In this document: piece after piece, positions 25,729 to 38,935 of the stretch
How the letters are laid out: every line of letters begins with the position of its first letter
Numbering within the stretch: position 1 is the stretch's first letter
From: Balanoglossus misakiensis
Lineage: Eukaryota; Animalia; Hemichordata
Length of the DNA stretch: 64,000 bases
Assembly (NCBI GenBank): GCA_040954595.2
Contig: CM082590.2
Coordinates: forward strand, 10,442,088 to 10,506,087
Direction of reading: 5' to 3'
Notes under the pieces: model-generated
Database searches by the model: none
What the model was told of the DNA's origin: nothing
Seen by the model: the letters and a program-made list of their open reading frames with translations, nothing else
Position numbers and translations under genes: made by a program

Positions 25729-25926
25729 CTGTAAAACGGGTTATTTTCGTGGCAGGAAATTTTCGCGATATCAAAATAGGCAACTGTTAACGCGAGGATA
25801 AATTTTCGCATTCTCGTATTTCTCTGCATCAGTGTATCTGAAGAATAAAATTACGCGACGTTTTATTTTTTTACTCTCGCGTATTTCGCGAAAATTTATT
25901 GCTTGTGAAAATAACCCCTTTTACAG
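25729..25926. mobile_element. MITE family A copy 2
   Basis: TA|CTGTAAAACGGGTTATTTTCG ... GAAAATAACCCCTTTTACAG|TA. Internal blocks (CAGGAAATTTTCGCGATATCAAAA, CGCATTCTCGTATTTC, CTCGCGTATTTCGCG) are shared with copy 1. Confidence 0.88.
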
Positions 25927-26413
25927 TATTTAATGCTGAACGTCTACTGCCCTCTTGCGGTAATCGACAAAAGGGAGGGGCAGTTGTCAAGCTGCGCATT
26001 CCTTCGGTTAGAGTGGTTTATCCCGACGTAACTGTTAAAAGCGACAGTGTTGTTGAAATGAAAACAGATTAATTACATTGTGTGTACATTCACATGCTGG
26101 TGTTGCAACTAGATTCTGGGTTTCCGACGAGCGACGATTTTCTCATCACTCCGCGACCTTCACTGTTAATCACACGCAGAGAGAAACACAACGTGGTGGC
26201 ATACCTCGTACAATCGCTACCAGCGGTGCGCCTAGTGTCAGAAGATTGCGTTGCACGTACTGGAAACTTTAATATTCCACGTCTTAGATATAAGAGATAA
26301 GGCAGATTCTTGTGAACTGTCTTCAGCTTGACTTGGACCACATTCTTAAGCATTCTTCGGGATCTTCGAAAATCCAGATACTGTTGCATTGGTAAAAGAG
26401 TTGCCGAACTTAC

Positions 26414-26520
26414 CATCTTGGCGTGTTTGGGGTGCAGGAGTTTGCAACGTCGTTTGCAGTTGACCGTGACAATACGAAGGTCTTAATTGCTAAGGGAAGG
26501 TGCTGTGACTTTCATACTGT
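26414..26520 (-). other. Candidate first exon ending in the start codon (ATG|GTAAGT)
   Basis: The minus strand reads ...AAACACGCCAAGATG|GTAAGTT: ATG at 26416-26414 with A at -3, directly followed by a consensus donor. No downstream exon is established and the 5' boundary is a guess. Confidence 0.3.
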
Positions 26521-26639
26521 ATAATCCACCGTTGGTTTAATTGGTATACACTGCATCGCTGGCTTAACGAACTGTACGTGGGATAATTCTGCGAGTAGAT
26601 ATACACTTTGAGGTAATATATGTTACATTGTTATGTGTG

Positions 26640-26760
26640 TGAGAGAGACAGTCAGACAGAGAGAGAGATAGAGAGAGACAGAGAGAGATGGAGGGAGAGA
26701 GAGAGAGTATGATCGACGGAGACAGAGAGAGATAGAGAGAGAGACAGAGGAGAGAGACAG

Positions 26761-26795
<35 letters not shown>

Positions 26796-26817
26796 ACAGA
26801 GACGGAGACAGAGAGAG
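26640..26817. repeat. GA/GACA-rich microsatellite
   Basis: Directly visible. Confidence 0.95.
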
Positions 26818-28660
26818 TTCACATTACTTCAAATTACACTGGCAACGGCCGTGACAGAACGCTTACAAAAGTTTGATATATTTTATGGCATGTTCAGATG
26901 GCATGTCATATCACGAAGCGATAAAACCGTAATCTGAGCGATAGTGAGCTGTCGTTGCTTTTGACAGACGCAGTGTAAAATACTGTGATTGTGTTACGCG
27001 ACTGTTTCACCTTCGTGCCTTTGCAAATTTTCAATCGTGTGATTTATGTCACGAGTTGTGGCTGTCATACTTTGCGGCCTAGATTGCCTTACACCAATGC
27101 TTATAAGCTCTAAATTGTCCTTGCCCAGACAGAAGATGACTCTAAATTTTCCTTGGCTAGACAGATAACATGCCACAGATGGTTAAGTGACACCAGGCGT
27201 TCCCTCAAGACACAGGGCGTAAAAATTTACATTGCCAAGAAACGTCTTGTTTAAAACGGTATGACGAAGATGGTTTGTCACGAGGTTCGTGTGCAGTCTA
27301 GGATTGAACCCAGGAGTTTGAAATGCCTGGCATGATTTAAGTTGCTTATCTTTGATACAAGTATCATGGTGAAAGACAGACTAACATCAGGAACTCTTCA
27401 TCTAAAGGAGTGTAATGTCGCATAGATCGGCCATGTGTATCATTTACTCTTAAGTTTATATCTTAGTTCCCTTCTGTTTTAACTTCCAACCCACTGCCAG
27501 GCTATGTGACTGTGAGTGGTGTCTATATCTACGTCTTCTTAGACACATACAACAAGATAAACCACTTTAAAATCTAAATATTGTATTTCCGAATAAGTGT
27601 CAGTCGTCTTGGGGACCAGGCTATGATTTCCGCTGGCTTCAGAGTCGTTCAGTGTTAGCACGCACGCGTTGAGGTTTCATTGCCCTTGAAAGGAAAAGGT
27701 CGTCTCCGTGTTATCGGGTGACTTTGACGTTGGATTGGATGTGAGAATTCGTGCAGAAATCGCACTGATCGCTGTTCACTGATGAAGAAAAAACAATGTC
27801 CCTTGATTAATATTCTTTCAGTTGATTTCAAAGTCACAACTCCATCAGGCGGTAGAATGATGCCGGGCATGAACAGGCTGGAACGATGATTTTCTAAGCC
27901 CATGGATGCGACGAAAGAAAGGTGGAATATCATGTATTTGACTGGTGCCAGGCTTGCAGCCCTGATATTTTCTTTCTATTAAGCACTAACGATGAGCATA
28001 CGGCTCAGTGAACTCAGACTCAATATACGCATTGCACTGAATGACGAACATAAATGCGCAATATTTGACCAATATCTGACTCATCAACCACCGACGTTTA
28101 TTGTTGATACGTATTAAATTCGCGGAAGAAAATAATTTGAGTCGACGTGCTTGCTCTGTGATGTATCCTCAAAGGTAAAGCCATGTGATGCTACGGCCTT
28201 GACTGTTGTCACTTCCCAATTGACAGGTGACGAGTTTCAATATTGAAGAAAAAATCTTGCTGTAGGGCCTCTTTTCCCGACAATTCCGACGTGACCTATT
28301 GAAGTTTGTTGTCATGGTAACTGGAGGTTTTTTCTGAAGAAGGAATTTTTTTCTTTGCTGTGAGAATGAAGTGTAGCAGATGCACACAATGTCGTTCGCA
28401 ACGTGGCACTTTGTTCAGCTGTCGTTCTAGTAGGAGATCTCATTCATCAAGTGCAATTTTGCTGGTCCAATATTTTTTTAAGCAAAATCCCCCTGGTTGC
28501 TGAAAGAATCGGGGTTTCAGTTATTTGTTTTAGGTCGATTGCTGATAATGAAGTAATTTATAGCCTTTCTTCATGATGTATCCATGTGTGGCGAATACGC
28601 TGGAGGTGGGGGTGGGGGTTGCGTATCGGTAGATGTTTCTTGGCAAATTTGTTTACCCCT

Positions 28661-28787
28661 CAGCCAGTCAGTCAGTCAGTCAGTCAGCCAACCAGCCCAC
28701 CAGCCCACTAACCAGTCAATCAGTCAGCAACTTGATCAATCAATCAATCGATCAATTAATCAATCAATCAGTCAGTCAGTCAGTCAG
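28661..28787. repeat. Compound (CAGT)/(CAGC)/(CAAT) tetranucleotide repeat
   Basis: Directly visible. It explains the SQSV/NQSI ORFs. Confidence 0.9.
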
Positions 28788-31700
28788 TTTTCTACTCGTC
28801 TGTACTTCAAGTCCTGTACTTTTTTGCTCTGTTCTGTTCTGCTGAATGTGTTACTGTGCCTGGCTTACCACCCTCCTGTCTGTAATATTGTCCATCTCTT
28901 CCATCTCTCCCTGTTTGAGCGATGTTGTCCGTACATCACTCAGTTTCTCATCTGTTCTCTCCCTTCGCTGCCTCACCACAGACTGCGTGCCTCTGTCTCT
29001 CTATCTTAGTCAATAAATACACCTGTCGCAGTTGACAATAAAATATCCAGCACTGCAATACTCACATAACTTGATTACTGGGGAATTTAACATATGTTTA
29101 TGCGATGCAATAAGACTTCACTACATTTAAACACAAACTCCAAAGTAATATATTATTATACAGTCTGGCCATAAGAGCATTTAATTAATATAAGTGCTGG
29201 ATCGTTATTCATGACATGCTGGAGAGAAGCAGCTAGACAGTGGCTGCAGGCGTCCCACAAGGAGTCAAATTTCAAACCTATCATTTCTTTTCACGTTTCA
29301 TTGACAGCATCATTTCGTTGTATGGTTTTCAATTATTCCATTGAGAGCACAGACGTGCGGAAGATGTCTGTATACAGCTATCCATATTTGATGGATTTGT
29401 GATGAATACAGTCACAAAATAAGAATATCAAGTGTTAAAACTTTCCAACCAAAGAATTGTAAATGAAACGAGTAACGTTATCTGACGTACAATTTGACGT
29501 CACGAAAATGGGAGCTATGATTTTAAACTGTATAAGCGTAGTGTGTGTTTCATAAAAACAGAGATCTATTTGGTATGTGTTATCCATTATGATTACGATT
29601 CCAGACTCGAAGGCATTTTTAAACTAGAAGGTTACATTATTAATATTACATGCTCGATAGTAACCGATGTTTGGTCGTACGGTAGAATGAACAAATGCAT
29701 ATGAACAGAATATTAACAGTGATGGCCTATACAGGATATGTTTGAATCTTTTAACAAGTACCTTGGCTAAACATGATGTTTCCAAACATTAAACTTCTGT
29801 TACTTCAGTGATGAGTGACAACTTACCTCAGACTCAAGCATGCAAAAAAAATTGAAAATATTGCGCCGTACAGTGGATTTCTGACATATGGCAAATATGT
29901 TGACTTTTACTTTGCTGTCTTCTTGTGGCCGTACGTTTGCAGGCAACACGAAATGAAAACCAATTACAATATTGACTCTAACACAAATTGGTTCTCCAAA
30001 TCACGGACAAGTTTTGCGAACAAGAACAAACACTGTACACAAATGGCATAACAGAGACACATCTGTATAGAATTATCGGCAACTGACGGTGTCATTACTG
30101 GCAGTGTGTTTCACGTGAATTAAAATGTTTGATGATGGACCATGACCAGAGTGTATGTAACTTTGTGCATCGTCTCTGCTGTATGATAAAGTCCTTATAG
30201 GCGAATGAAAATCTCCTCTGTACTGAATGCAAAACCTTTACAATCGATTGCCTCCAAATTATTTGCATGATATTCTGCAATGTCGTAATGCGTAATTCGA
30301 TGAACTCAATCCCGTGTGCTGACATGCCATCGAGAATCTACTTTCAAGCAATTTTAAGCACTCGATTATTAATGACGGCAGATATCTCGCCTCTTGACCT
30401 TTGACCAAAAACATGAACAGGAAAGCGCAGATAAAATTACGAGCAGACGACTAATCTGTTTGTGGCTGTACTGGATTTTTATGCAAAGTTAAGTAATTGG
30501 AGATATGTCTGAATTTATTTTTATATTCAGTTCTTCTTATCTTTTCACTTATTGGGTTCACCTTATCGTTTTTGAATCCTAATCTAGTTTCATTAAAAAA
30601 TTGGCATTACATGGCTAGCAAACCGTTGCTATGGCAATTGACCAAGTCTTGTAAGACCTTGCAATGAGTAGAAAATGATCTATTCCAAAACGCCACTACA
30701 ACACAGATGGCACTAGTGGAAAGTAACAAGTCTATAATGAGGGCAACAGATAGGTGTAATTAACTTGTCGCATAACGATTTTGGATGCGGGCGGCCGCCG
30801 GCCATATTGTGTCACCGTAGCGACAGACTTCCACAGGGTGGTCTCTTGGCTGCAGGGGTTGGGTCTTCATAAATACACGACATCAAGTTCCCTCTCAGTC
30901 GGCCTGCGAAATGCAACACAAAACATAAAAGGCTTAGAATGCTAGTTTGACATCTGAGGAGATGTTGTGAGATGGTAGAAAGCTGAAGCCGTCTAGATGT
31001 ATGTCAACATTCAGCAAGTGGTACAACTTATAAAGTTTCCTGCCAAGAGAGTCTACTTGTGTTGATTGCCTTCAAACAGAAATTGTGACACGTTCTAGAA
31101 ATGCTTCTGCGTTGAGCAGGTTGTCATAAGCGTGCCAAAACTGACATTTGAAGTGAAACTTTACAGTGTATCACTCGTCTCTTGATTGGATTACACCGAG
31201 CTATGGCATTTGGTGACTTATGATGATGTCATGCACCTATATACCTCCTCTGAGCTACGTCAACCATTATTTTGAAACTGCGAGAAATACAAAGCATAGT
31301 TGTTGGCTCACTCACATCAAAAGTAAATCCTTGCACCATACACGAATTCATCGACTACATAAGATTTGTGCCCTGTTTCCCAACTTCCAAAGAAAGTGTT
31401 GATACTTTTCATTTCTTCCAATGATGAAATCTGCATTCCGTAAGTAACCCCTCGCATTTCTTATTAAAGCGGTGTCTTTTGAAATAGTCTGAAGTAGATG
31501 TGAATATAATTAATACTATGCCTCTGCGAATTATCCTTGAGATATGATCAATTTCTTAATTCTTCGTCTAGACAATTTCTAATTTCGAACTCAAAGTCGT
31601 GTCTAGCTGTTTACTCCCCAATAAAAAGACTACGAGGTAAAAATCGTTTATGACATAGCATCACGTTGTCTGATGCTGCTCAAGAATATTAGGTTATTTC

Positions 31701-32155
31701 GGGGGAATCATAGACGTTTACTATTTATAGGAAGCTGTCATCACATTTCTAACATGTTCGAACAGATGGAGGCGTTTTTGGGTATGCTGTATAGTTCTTA
31801 CCAAGAAAGTATTTTTCTCCAAGCAGAGTGGAACTGGAATTTGCAGCATTGTTTATACTGTGCTCATGGAACATTTCTTTTTGAAAGTTGGAACAAGCGT
31901 CAAATCTTGTGGCTTTATACAAAATGGTGCCAAATTGATACTCGACCGAGGATCGCACATCTAAACGGTGCACTGTAGTCTAATTTGAATCGAACAAGTC
32001 CTAAGTTATCCACCTACATGTTTTATTGATTATACTGTGTGACAGAGGGCATCTGTTGCGGTCAAGGGCAGCTATATTGAAGGCTGTTCACGTCCAACGT
32101 CAATTCCGGTACTTACAGAATTACTTACGCTTGTTTTAGTGAAGATTTGGTTTCT

Positions 32156-32253
32156 GTCTGTTTGACAAGTCTGTCTGTCTCTCTGTCTGTCTGCCTCTCA
32201 GTATGTCTGTCGGTCTCTATCTGTCTGTCTGTCTGTCAGTCAGTCTGTCAGTC
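32156..32253. repeat. Degenerate (CTGT)n repeat
   Basis: Directly visible. Confidence 0.8.
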
Positions 32254-32791
32254 AACATTTAGTAGCAAGTAGAACAAGCAAACCGAACAAAGTCACAACT
32301 GCCCTCTTTCAATAGGTGCCTTCACACCACAAACATTTGTGAGATATTAGGTATATATTTTCACAATACACTATATTCCTACTCAATACGCTATCAAAGT
32401 TTTCAATTATTATATAGATCACTGATCGCGTGATTTCTATCAGAGGTAAAAAATCCCATTTATGGATAGTTGGATGGCAAAAGTTCAAAAGTAATCCCGC
32501 GTTTTAAGTGCTATCAATCGGGTGCCTTACACCGTAATCTCACCAGATTTACCACATCAGATCATCAGTCAAGCACGAAAAGAATGTGACGATATAAGAA
32601 TCTAATAGGAAATTCGACGTGGTTCAATGGCGTTCCTTGCACTGTCACAGAAAAACAGCCCAAAGGGTCTACTCTGATTTCGCATCAATTGAGTTATCTT
32701 ATGTTGGTGTGGAGATAGCATCTGCAGATTGAAATTACTTGTCGCTGTTATCACATGCTCAAGGACATGTTTGCTAAACTTAGAATGTAGC

Positions 32792-32824
<33 letters not shown>

Positions 32825-32830
32825 TATCAC

Positions 32831-32880
<50 letters not shown>

Positions 32881-32882
32881 CC

Positions 32883-32973
<91 letters not shown>

Positions 32974-32986
32974 CCTTCACCACCAC
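32792..32986. repeat. (CAT)n/(CAC)n trinucleotide microsatellite
   Basis: Directly visible. It explains the poly-H, -D and -M ORFs. Confidence 0.97.
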
Positions 32987-34826
32987 TGTGGTATATTTTG
33001 AAACAAAGCACAACTCTCAAACTTGCCGACGGTAAAGCAAGCCAACTTCGTGCATTCATCTTTAGTATGCATTGTGTCGACTTGGCTGGCCATCAAATTA
33101 AACTTTCAATCTGCCACTAGGACACGACTTCTGCAAATTAGCCTTTAACAAGTTGTAAGTGCTGTTAAATTCTAGTTGTTCAGACTTCTCGGATTGGTAA
33201 TGCGTTTTAAAATATCCGGTCTACTATGTGCCTGAAGGTGTTTATTAGCTCTAACGAGCAATAAACCTTGGTTGAAAGGTGAATGTTCGAATCTTTTGGT
33301 TGTAGCAGACTCTAACTCTTCCTTGGTTCATAAAAAAACCTGCATGCAGTGAAGAATTCATATCTATTATCATTAAACTATCTTTCAGAAATTAATTATA
33401 GGGGGTTCTTTTGTCTCGACTGACAACGCCTCTTCGCAATGAAGCAATAAAGAAAATTACCTCTTTGAATAATGCATTTCTTAATTTCATTTCGTATTGG
33501 ACGTATGAAAATACATATTGTTGTTATTTATGAGTGCGTTTCAAAGAAGAGAGTAAGACCCACCGCACGATAAAAGGTTTACGAAATTCTCATCACAGCG
33601 AATTTGTCATAGAAGGATGTCAGGTGGTTCCTTGAATAACGAGGAAGCAATTTGTTCACAGACCATTTGCATCAATTTCCCGCAGGGTAGCTGCCCATTG
33701 GAGGTAATCTTCTGTATTTTGTTATCTGTCGTGACTGGCAGTGTCATCACGAGTACACAAAATTGATTTTGCACTGCAAGACGGACACAATAATTTTGAT
33801 GAGCTACAGATATAAAAACATAATCGAAAATCGAGCACATAATGTCAAAGTGTACAGATTCAGCTTTCTGGCATTCACAGTAAAGAATGCTTGGTTGGCC
33901 ATACTGTCTGGTGCAGTTGATCAAACACAAAACAAAATGGCGCCATTTGCACTTTAAGCGGTTATCAATTGAATACTGGATTGGATGAAAACATGAGATT
34001 CTATTCCTGTACGTTTGCCTCCACTGACTCCATTTCTAAATACGTGTTCATAATCGTGACATTAATCGAAATTTCTTGACTTGTTGATATTGGCTCGAAA
34101 TGTTGAGGTCAAAGGACAGTTGTTTGTAATAGAGTTCGCAGCGTGTTGCCCCGCGCGACGACCCCTGTCAACGCAAGATTTTATTACATTTCGGAGCGCA
34201 CGTCAAAGTCTGACTCAAATTTTAATCGCCGGAATAACATTTCGGCGGATTTCAAGGAATTTGTTGCCAGGTAACTGCCATCCTGCAGAGCTGCTGCACA
34301 AGACAATCACTGACATGTATGTATCAGTCATCGAACATTTGCATAATGAAGTTTGGCGGAAACCTTACTTGTCAGCAAGAGCATGGACAGCATGTGCTGC
34401 GTAGAATTCGCAAACAGATGGGGCCATGTTTGCTACGCCATACCAATAACTATATTGGCAGTTGTTTTCATGGTTTCAAAGTAATAATTTCTCATTTAGA
34501 TATACTTACTGAAGAGTGTGTTATGCAAGTAATATTAACCAGTAAACTGTACTAGATGTACAAACTTGAGATAAAGAATAAACGGGTGCCCCACTCAAAT
34601 ATGGCTGCCTCCAGCCTCCAAAGGCACAAAGAGGGTTGGCATGCACATTAGGAATCTGCCCAGACAGAATGTAGTGTTGTTTCCATGGGATGACGCTTAA
34701 CTGTTCAACTGATTGTTGTTATTAGTTGTCGAGAGTGGTTTCCATAGTAATTAAAGAATGAGGGCTAATTATGCTTAGTTTAGCAGACACCATCTAATAT
34801 GTTGTCACAGTATTTTCCTCTCTCCT

Positions 34827-34858
34827 TCCCTTCCTTCCTTCCTTCCTTCCTTCCTTCC
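34827..34858. repeat. (CCTT)n microsatellite
   Basis: Directly visible. Confidence 0.9.
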
Positions 34859-37800
34859 AAGCCAAATTCGTCTACACTGTTAATGCCTATCGTAAATAGA
34901 GCCAATCTTTACTACTTCTTTATTTTGATTGGCGTCTCGCGTTGAAATATTTAAATCCTACGATGGCATAATTGCTTCAGGCTATTAAGCATGCGAAGTA
35001 AGTGCATTAGCCACCGATAAAATCGCCCAGTCCATAAAATAGCTTCATCTAAGCCGTCAACTCGGTCTTAAAATACCAATACCATTTGATTGTAGTGATA
35101 ATGCTCCAGAATTTGCAAATGTGTTGAACTTGTGATGACGGAACTGTCTTAATGGAGGTACATATGCAGCTTGCCTATCGCAGGGTAGACGTAAATATCA
35201 TGGCTGTTGACAGATAGCCGCGGGATGTACTGTTGCTTGGTAGCGCTTGTTAAACAACACGCAAACGTTACGTTACCGGAGTTACTGCAAGTGTTCTTTT
35301 CGGCGCCGAAGTAATTATTATGATTGCTTTATCAAATACATTGGCAGTCATTGTGAGAGTATGGAGAAGTCACATAAACAGTGTTGTGATGTGTCTATGT
35401 GCCTTGCCATGTTTTTATCCTATAGTAATGGATTAAGCAAGCGCGAATCTTGACAATGCAGCGTCAGCGTTCTGTGGAGAAATGCGTCATTAATATCCAC
35501 GCAATATTGTATCAACTTCACAGTCAACGGCTTTGCATATTTGCTTATTTAGAGAGAGCAAACAAGGGGAGTTTGCTTCGTGTTGACAAAACGTGGCGTT
35601 TCCAACCCCCATCGACATAATTCGATGAGCACTGCTAATATTGATTCTAGCAAACCAAGTCTCAATCGATGGATGTGTTGCGTGTCTTTCATTACTCCAC
35701 CAATTGGCCAAATTGAGCTGCTGATGTGAATTGTCGACAGCGTGTCAATCATTGACGTGCTTATCCGCTGACAGCGAAATTAAACCCCAATCTTCGCCCA
35801 TCGATTAGAAATGTCGCGCGTTCATTCAATGAGTCGATTGCGAGGAAATTCGCATCAATTTTTGACAACGTAAGAAGACAGCACTTGTACGGTCCCTTGT
35901 CGCCATTAAGCTATCTGAAAACACCTTATTGGTTAGGACCGCTTTCAATTCAGATTATTTGTGTGTATGTGTGATTAACAATGAGCAATAGAGCCATCTT
36001 TGTGTTTTGTAAATACCAGCGAAGTCTCTCCGATCAGCTTTCATTACTGGTGTGCTTACATCATCGGTGAAGTAATCTACCACGGGCCGTATTTATTGAC
36101 TTGTCAGTATCATCAGATGTGTCCAATTATACTGACACTAGATGTTGCTTTTTTTCATCCAAATTTGCCTTGCAAATTATTGGCTTCGTTTCTTTATTGT
36201 TCTTTCGAATGTTTGTGAAAACTTCTTGGAGTGTTTCATCAGATAGACTCTTTAAGCAAAACATGAACTCTTTGTACTATTACCTCAGAAAGAGTTAAGC
36301 TCCCTAAAGTGAGTAATACACTGATGACAAACTTGAGCTACTTAGGTAAGTGATTAAACATCTTATCAAGTCCACCAAAACATCACAATAACCAATTTCT
36401 ACCAGATCAAGAGATGAAACTGCAAAATAAAATGAAATATTAGGTCCTCCTGAAATCAAGAATAAAAAGAAGATAAACATAAAAAATGTAATTTTTTCAA
36501 ACTTTTACAACAGTTAGTGGTCGACCTCTTTCCTCGCAACGCAGTTCGATCTCCTGTCATTTTACTGGTTAACTTGAAGTGAAATGGCCATTATTGCTCC
36601 GAGAAATTTACTCTGGATTTAAATTAAGATTATGATGCAAGTTTCTCACGCTATGGGTGGAGATGGCAAGTTGTAATCCTGGCTTTCAGTGAAACTTGAT
36701 GTGTTGAAAAAGAAATGTGCCAGACACAATAAACAGTCTTAATTATAGCTTTTTGTTGATTTAATCTGTCCGTGAAGTGGCTTTTTAAATGAAAAATAAA
36801 GATGGGAGTGTATCGCAGGATATTTGAAACACAATGTTCGAAGGACAAGCTGATGTTATTGCTTTCATAGATCTGTAGATGTTTTCAATTTACCCATAAT
36901 CATTACGTTATTGATTTCTTTTCATATAATGGCTTGCTTCTCCTTGCTGTGAAAGTAAATTACCTGAAAAATAAACATATTTCAAGAGAGATGAGTTTAG
37001 CTTTTCCTTTTGCAGTTGGAAATAAATCCCTTGCACAAACTAGATCAATATGTTGCTGCTCTTCTTTCTTTAAACTGTGACGAACTCGTCACAAGGTCAA
37101 TAAAGTCCATATTAGCATCATCTGTCACTTAAGTTAACTGACATTTTTGTCATAGTCAAAGAGAGCACCTTTTTTCATTGTGAAAGTAAAATTGACTTCA
37201 TTGACAATGTCCGGGTGTATAAAATTCGCTTTGCAATTGACGGGACAAAAACGACCGTCGATGAAAGGCCATGTTTAAAGCGTTTTTCGCATGAAGAGTG
37301 CATAATGTCTTTTTAAAAACTTCAAGAATAAAAAGTAATAAGTGGAAATGTTTTGGAGAAGTTTTAACTCGCAGTGGCTATAGCTGTCTTTCAAAATCAT
37401 GAGGGACGTTAAGCGTAAAGTGTAATTGGTGTGGCCTTATCAGACTTGTAGGGCTTCGAATTGATTTCTGTCAAATGTTACACATATGCTGCACTTACAG
37501 CGTTAACTTACGCCACGTAAAGTACCGGCTGCCACGTAGAGTCCTGCTTATCAGATACAGAGAACAGGTGTTTCTGTATGTAATACGTTAACCAACAGTA
37601 ACGCGAACTGTGGAGTCGTTTGGGATGTTGCACGGAGTGAGTGAAGAAGCCAGTCGGTGGATTGATAATGACCTTTTTCGATTCCCGGGGAGGGAGAAAC
37701 ACGACAGCAGTTTGGAATTTCGGAAACCTGAGTCGGATTTTATGACTAAGTGGGGTTTATCCTCCGAGACAGGCCTGTAATCACAAGCCAGATTCGGTAG

Positions 37801-37924
37801 TGTGTCGGATCGTGTTCCGTAGCTGCTTGTCGTTCGCGTAACTTGAGAAAGAGAAAAATCGCACCCGAAAAGTCCCTGGCGCCGTTTGGCGTGAACTTAC
37901 GGCTTCCCGATACACATAAAGCGC

Positions 37925-37938
37925 GTCGCCATGGTAAC
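37925..37938. promoter_or_regulatory. RFX X-box-like palindrome in a CpG-richer island
   Basis: GTCGCCATGGTAAC fits the X-box consensus GTNRCC-N(0-3)-RGYAAC. Confidence 0.45.
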
Positions 37939-38574
37939 ACGATCGGGCATCACCAAGCTTGTCAAGATATTAACAGAAGTGTCATTTCCACGTACGTTTA
38001 ATTTAGTATGTGGCATGTTGGTCGCGGTTTCAAATGGTTTATGGCCAACCTTCAAGCTGCATATCTTAACTGTTGTTAGACTGAGTATAAATTCCTGATA
38101 ACCGAGGTCAATACAGAGAGGAAGTGATGAATTTGGCAACTTTGCCTATCCTTCTTGTCATTCGAGCATTCTCGCGGGATCTCGCGTATACGAAACAAAA
38201 ATATAACCTGTGTTTTAAGTCCATTCTGCCTTCATTAACGCAGTTGTATTTCTTGTTTGATTTCACCCATAGGTTATTGTCGTGCGTTGAAGTTCTGGAC
38301 GTTGCAGACATCGCCGTGTCCTGCTTAAGATCCACAGGAGAGCTTTAACCTTTGACCTGTCGCCTTGCCGATAACCTTCTCAAGTTTACGTGCTGAACTT
38401 TAAAGAGTGCAGTGAAAGGGTGAGTTGGGACAAGAATTCCATAGGTGGAATTCTTGCGAGGGGATGGGATTGCTCAATTCGTGGTTGGATGTCTAGACAC
38501 AGGCAAACATACTTTCGTACATACATACATTTGTACGTACGTACATACACACACACACGAACATACATATATAC

Positions 38575-38703
38575 ATAAAGTAAGGGTAGTTGGAGAAACG
38601 AAAGGAGACTTATTTAGTCTCAAGATGAGTGAGTCCAGTGACTCACGAAACAACGTTGTACAGACTATACCGCCTTTCATTTCTCCAACTACTCTTACTT
38701 TAT
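38575..38703. mobile_element. MITE family C copy 1, ~130 bp with ~30-bp TIRs
   Basis: ATAAAGTAAGGGTAGTTGGAGAAACGAAAGG (38575-38605) pairs with CCTTTCATTTCTCCAACTACTCTTACTTTAT (38673-38703), 2 mismatches. Confidence 0.75.
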
Positions 38704-38809
38704 ATTTCGCTCTACTTTTGTATTGAGCACTTTGTATCGGACCAGTCGAACCGCATACTTCGTACATATGTACGTACGTACATACACACACACGAACATA
38801 CATATATAC

Positions 38810-38935
38810 ATAAAGTAAGGGTAGTTGGAGAAACGAAAGACTAATTTAGTCTCAAGATGAGTGAGTCCAGTGACTCACGGAACGACGTTGTAGAGATTAT
38901 ACCGCCTTTCGTTTCTCCAACTACCCTTACATTAT
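38810..38935. mobile_element. MITE family C copy 2
   Basis: Same TIRs at 38810-38839 and 38906-38935, inside the second tandem unit. Confidence 0.75.

Noticed and set aside
25690-27320. Isolated Pol III A-box-like (TAGCTCGGTTGG, ~25691) and B-box-like (GGATTGAACCC, ~27301) words suggesting a tRNA or SINE
   Set aside because: They are unpaired, far apart and on opposite strands. No cloverleaf can be built.
32729-33059. Second set of poly-His, -Asp and -Met ORFs
   Set aside because: Same microsatellite artefact.
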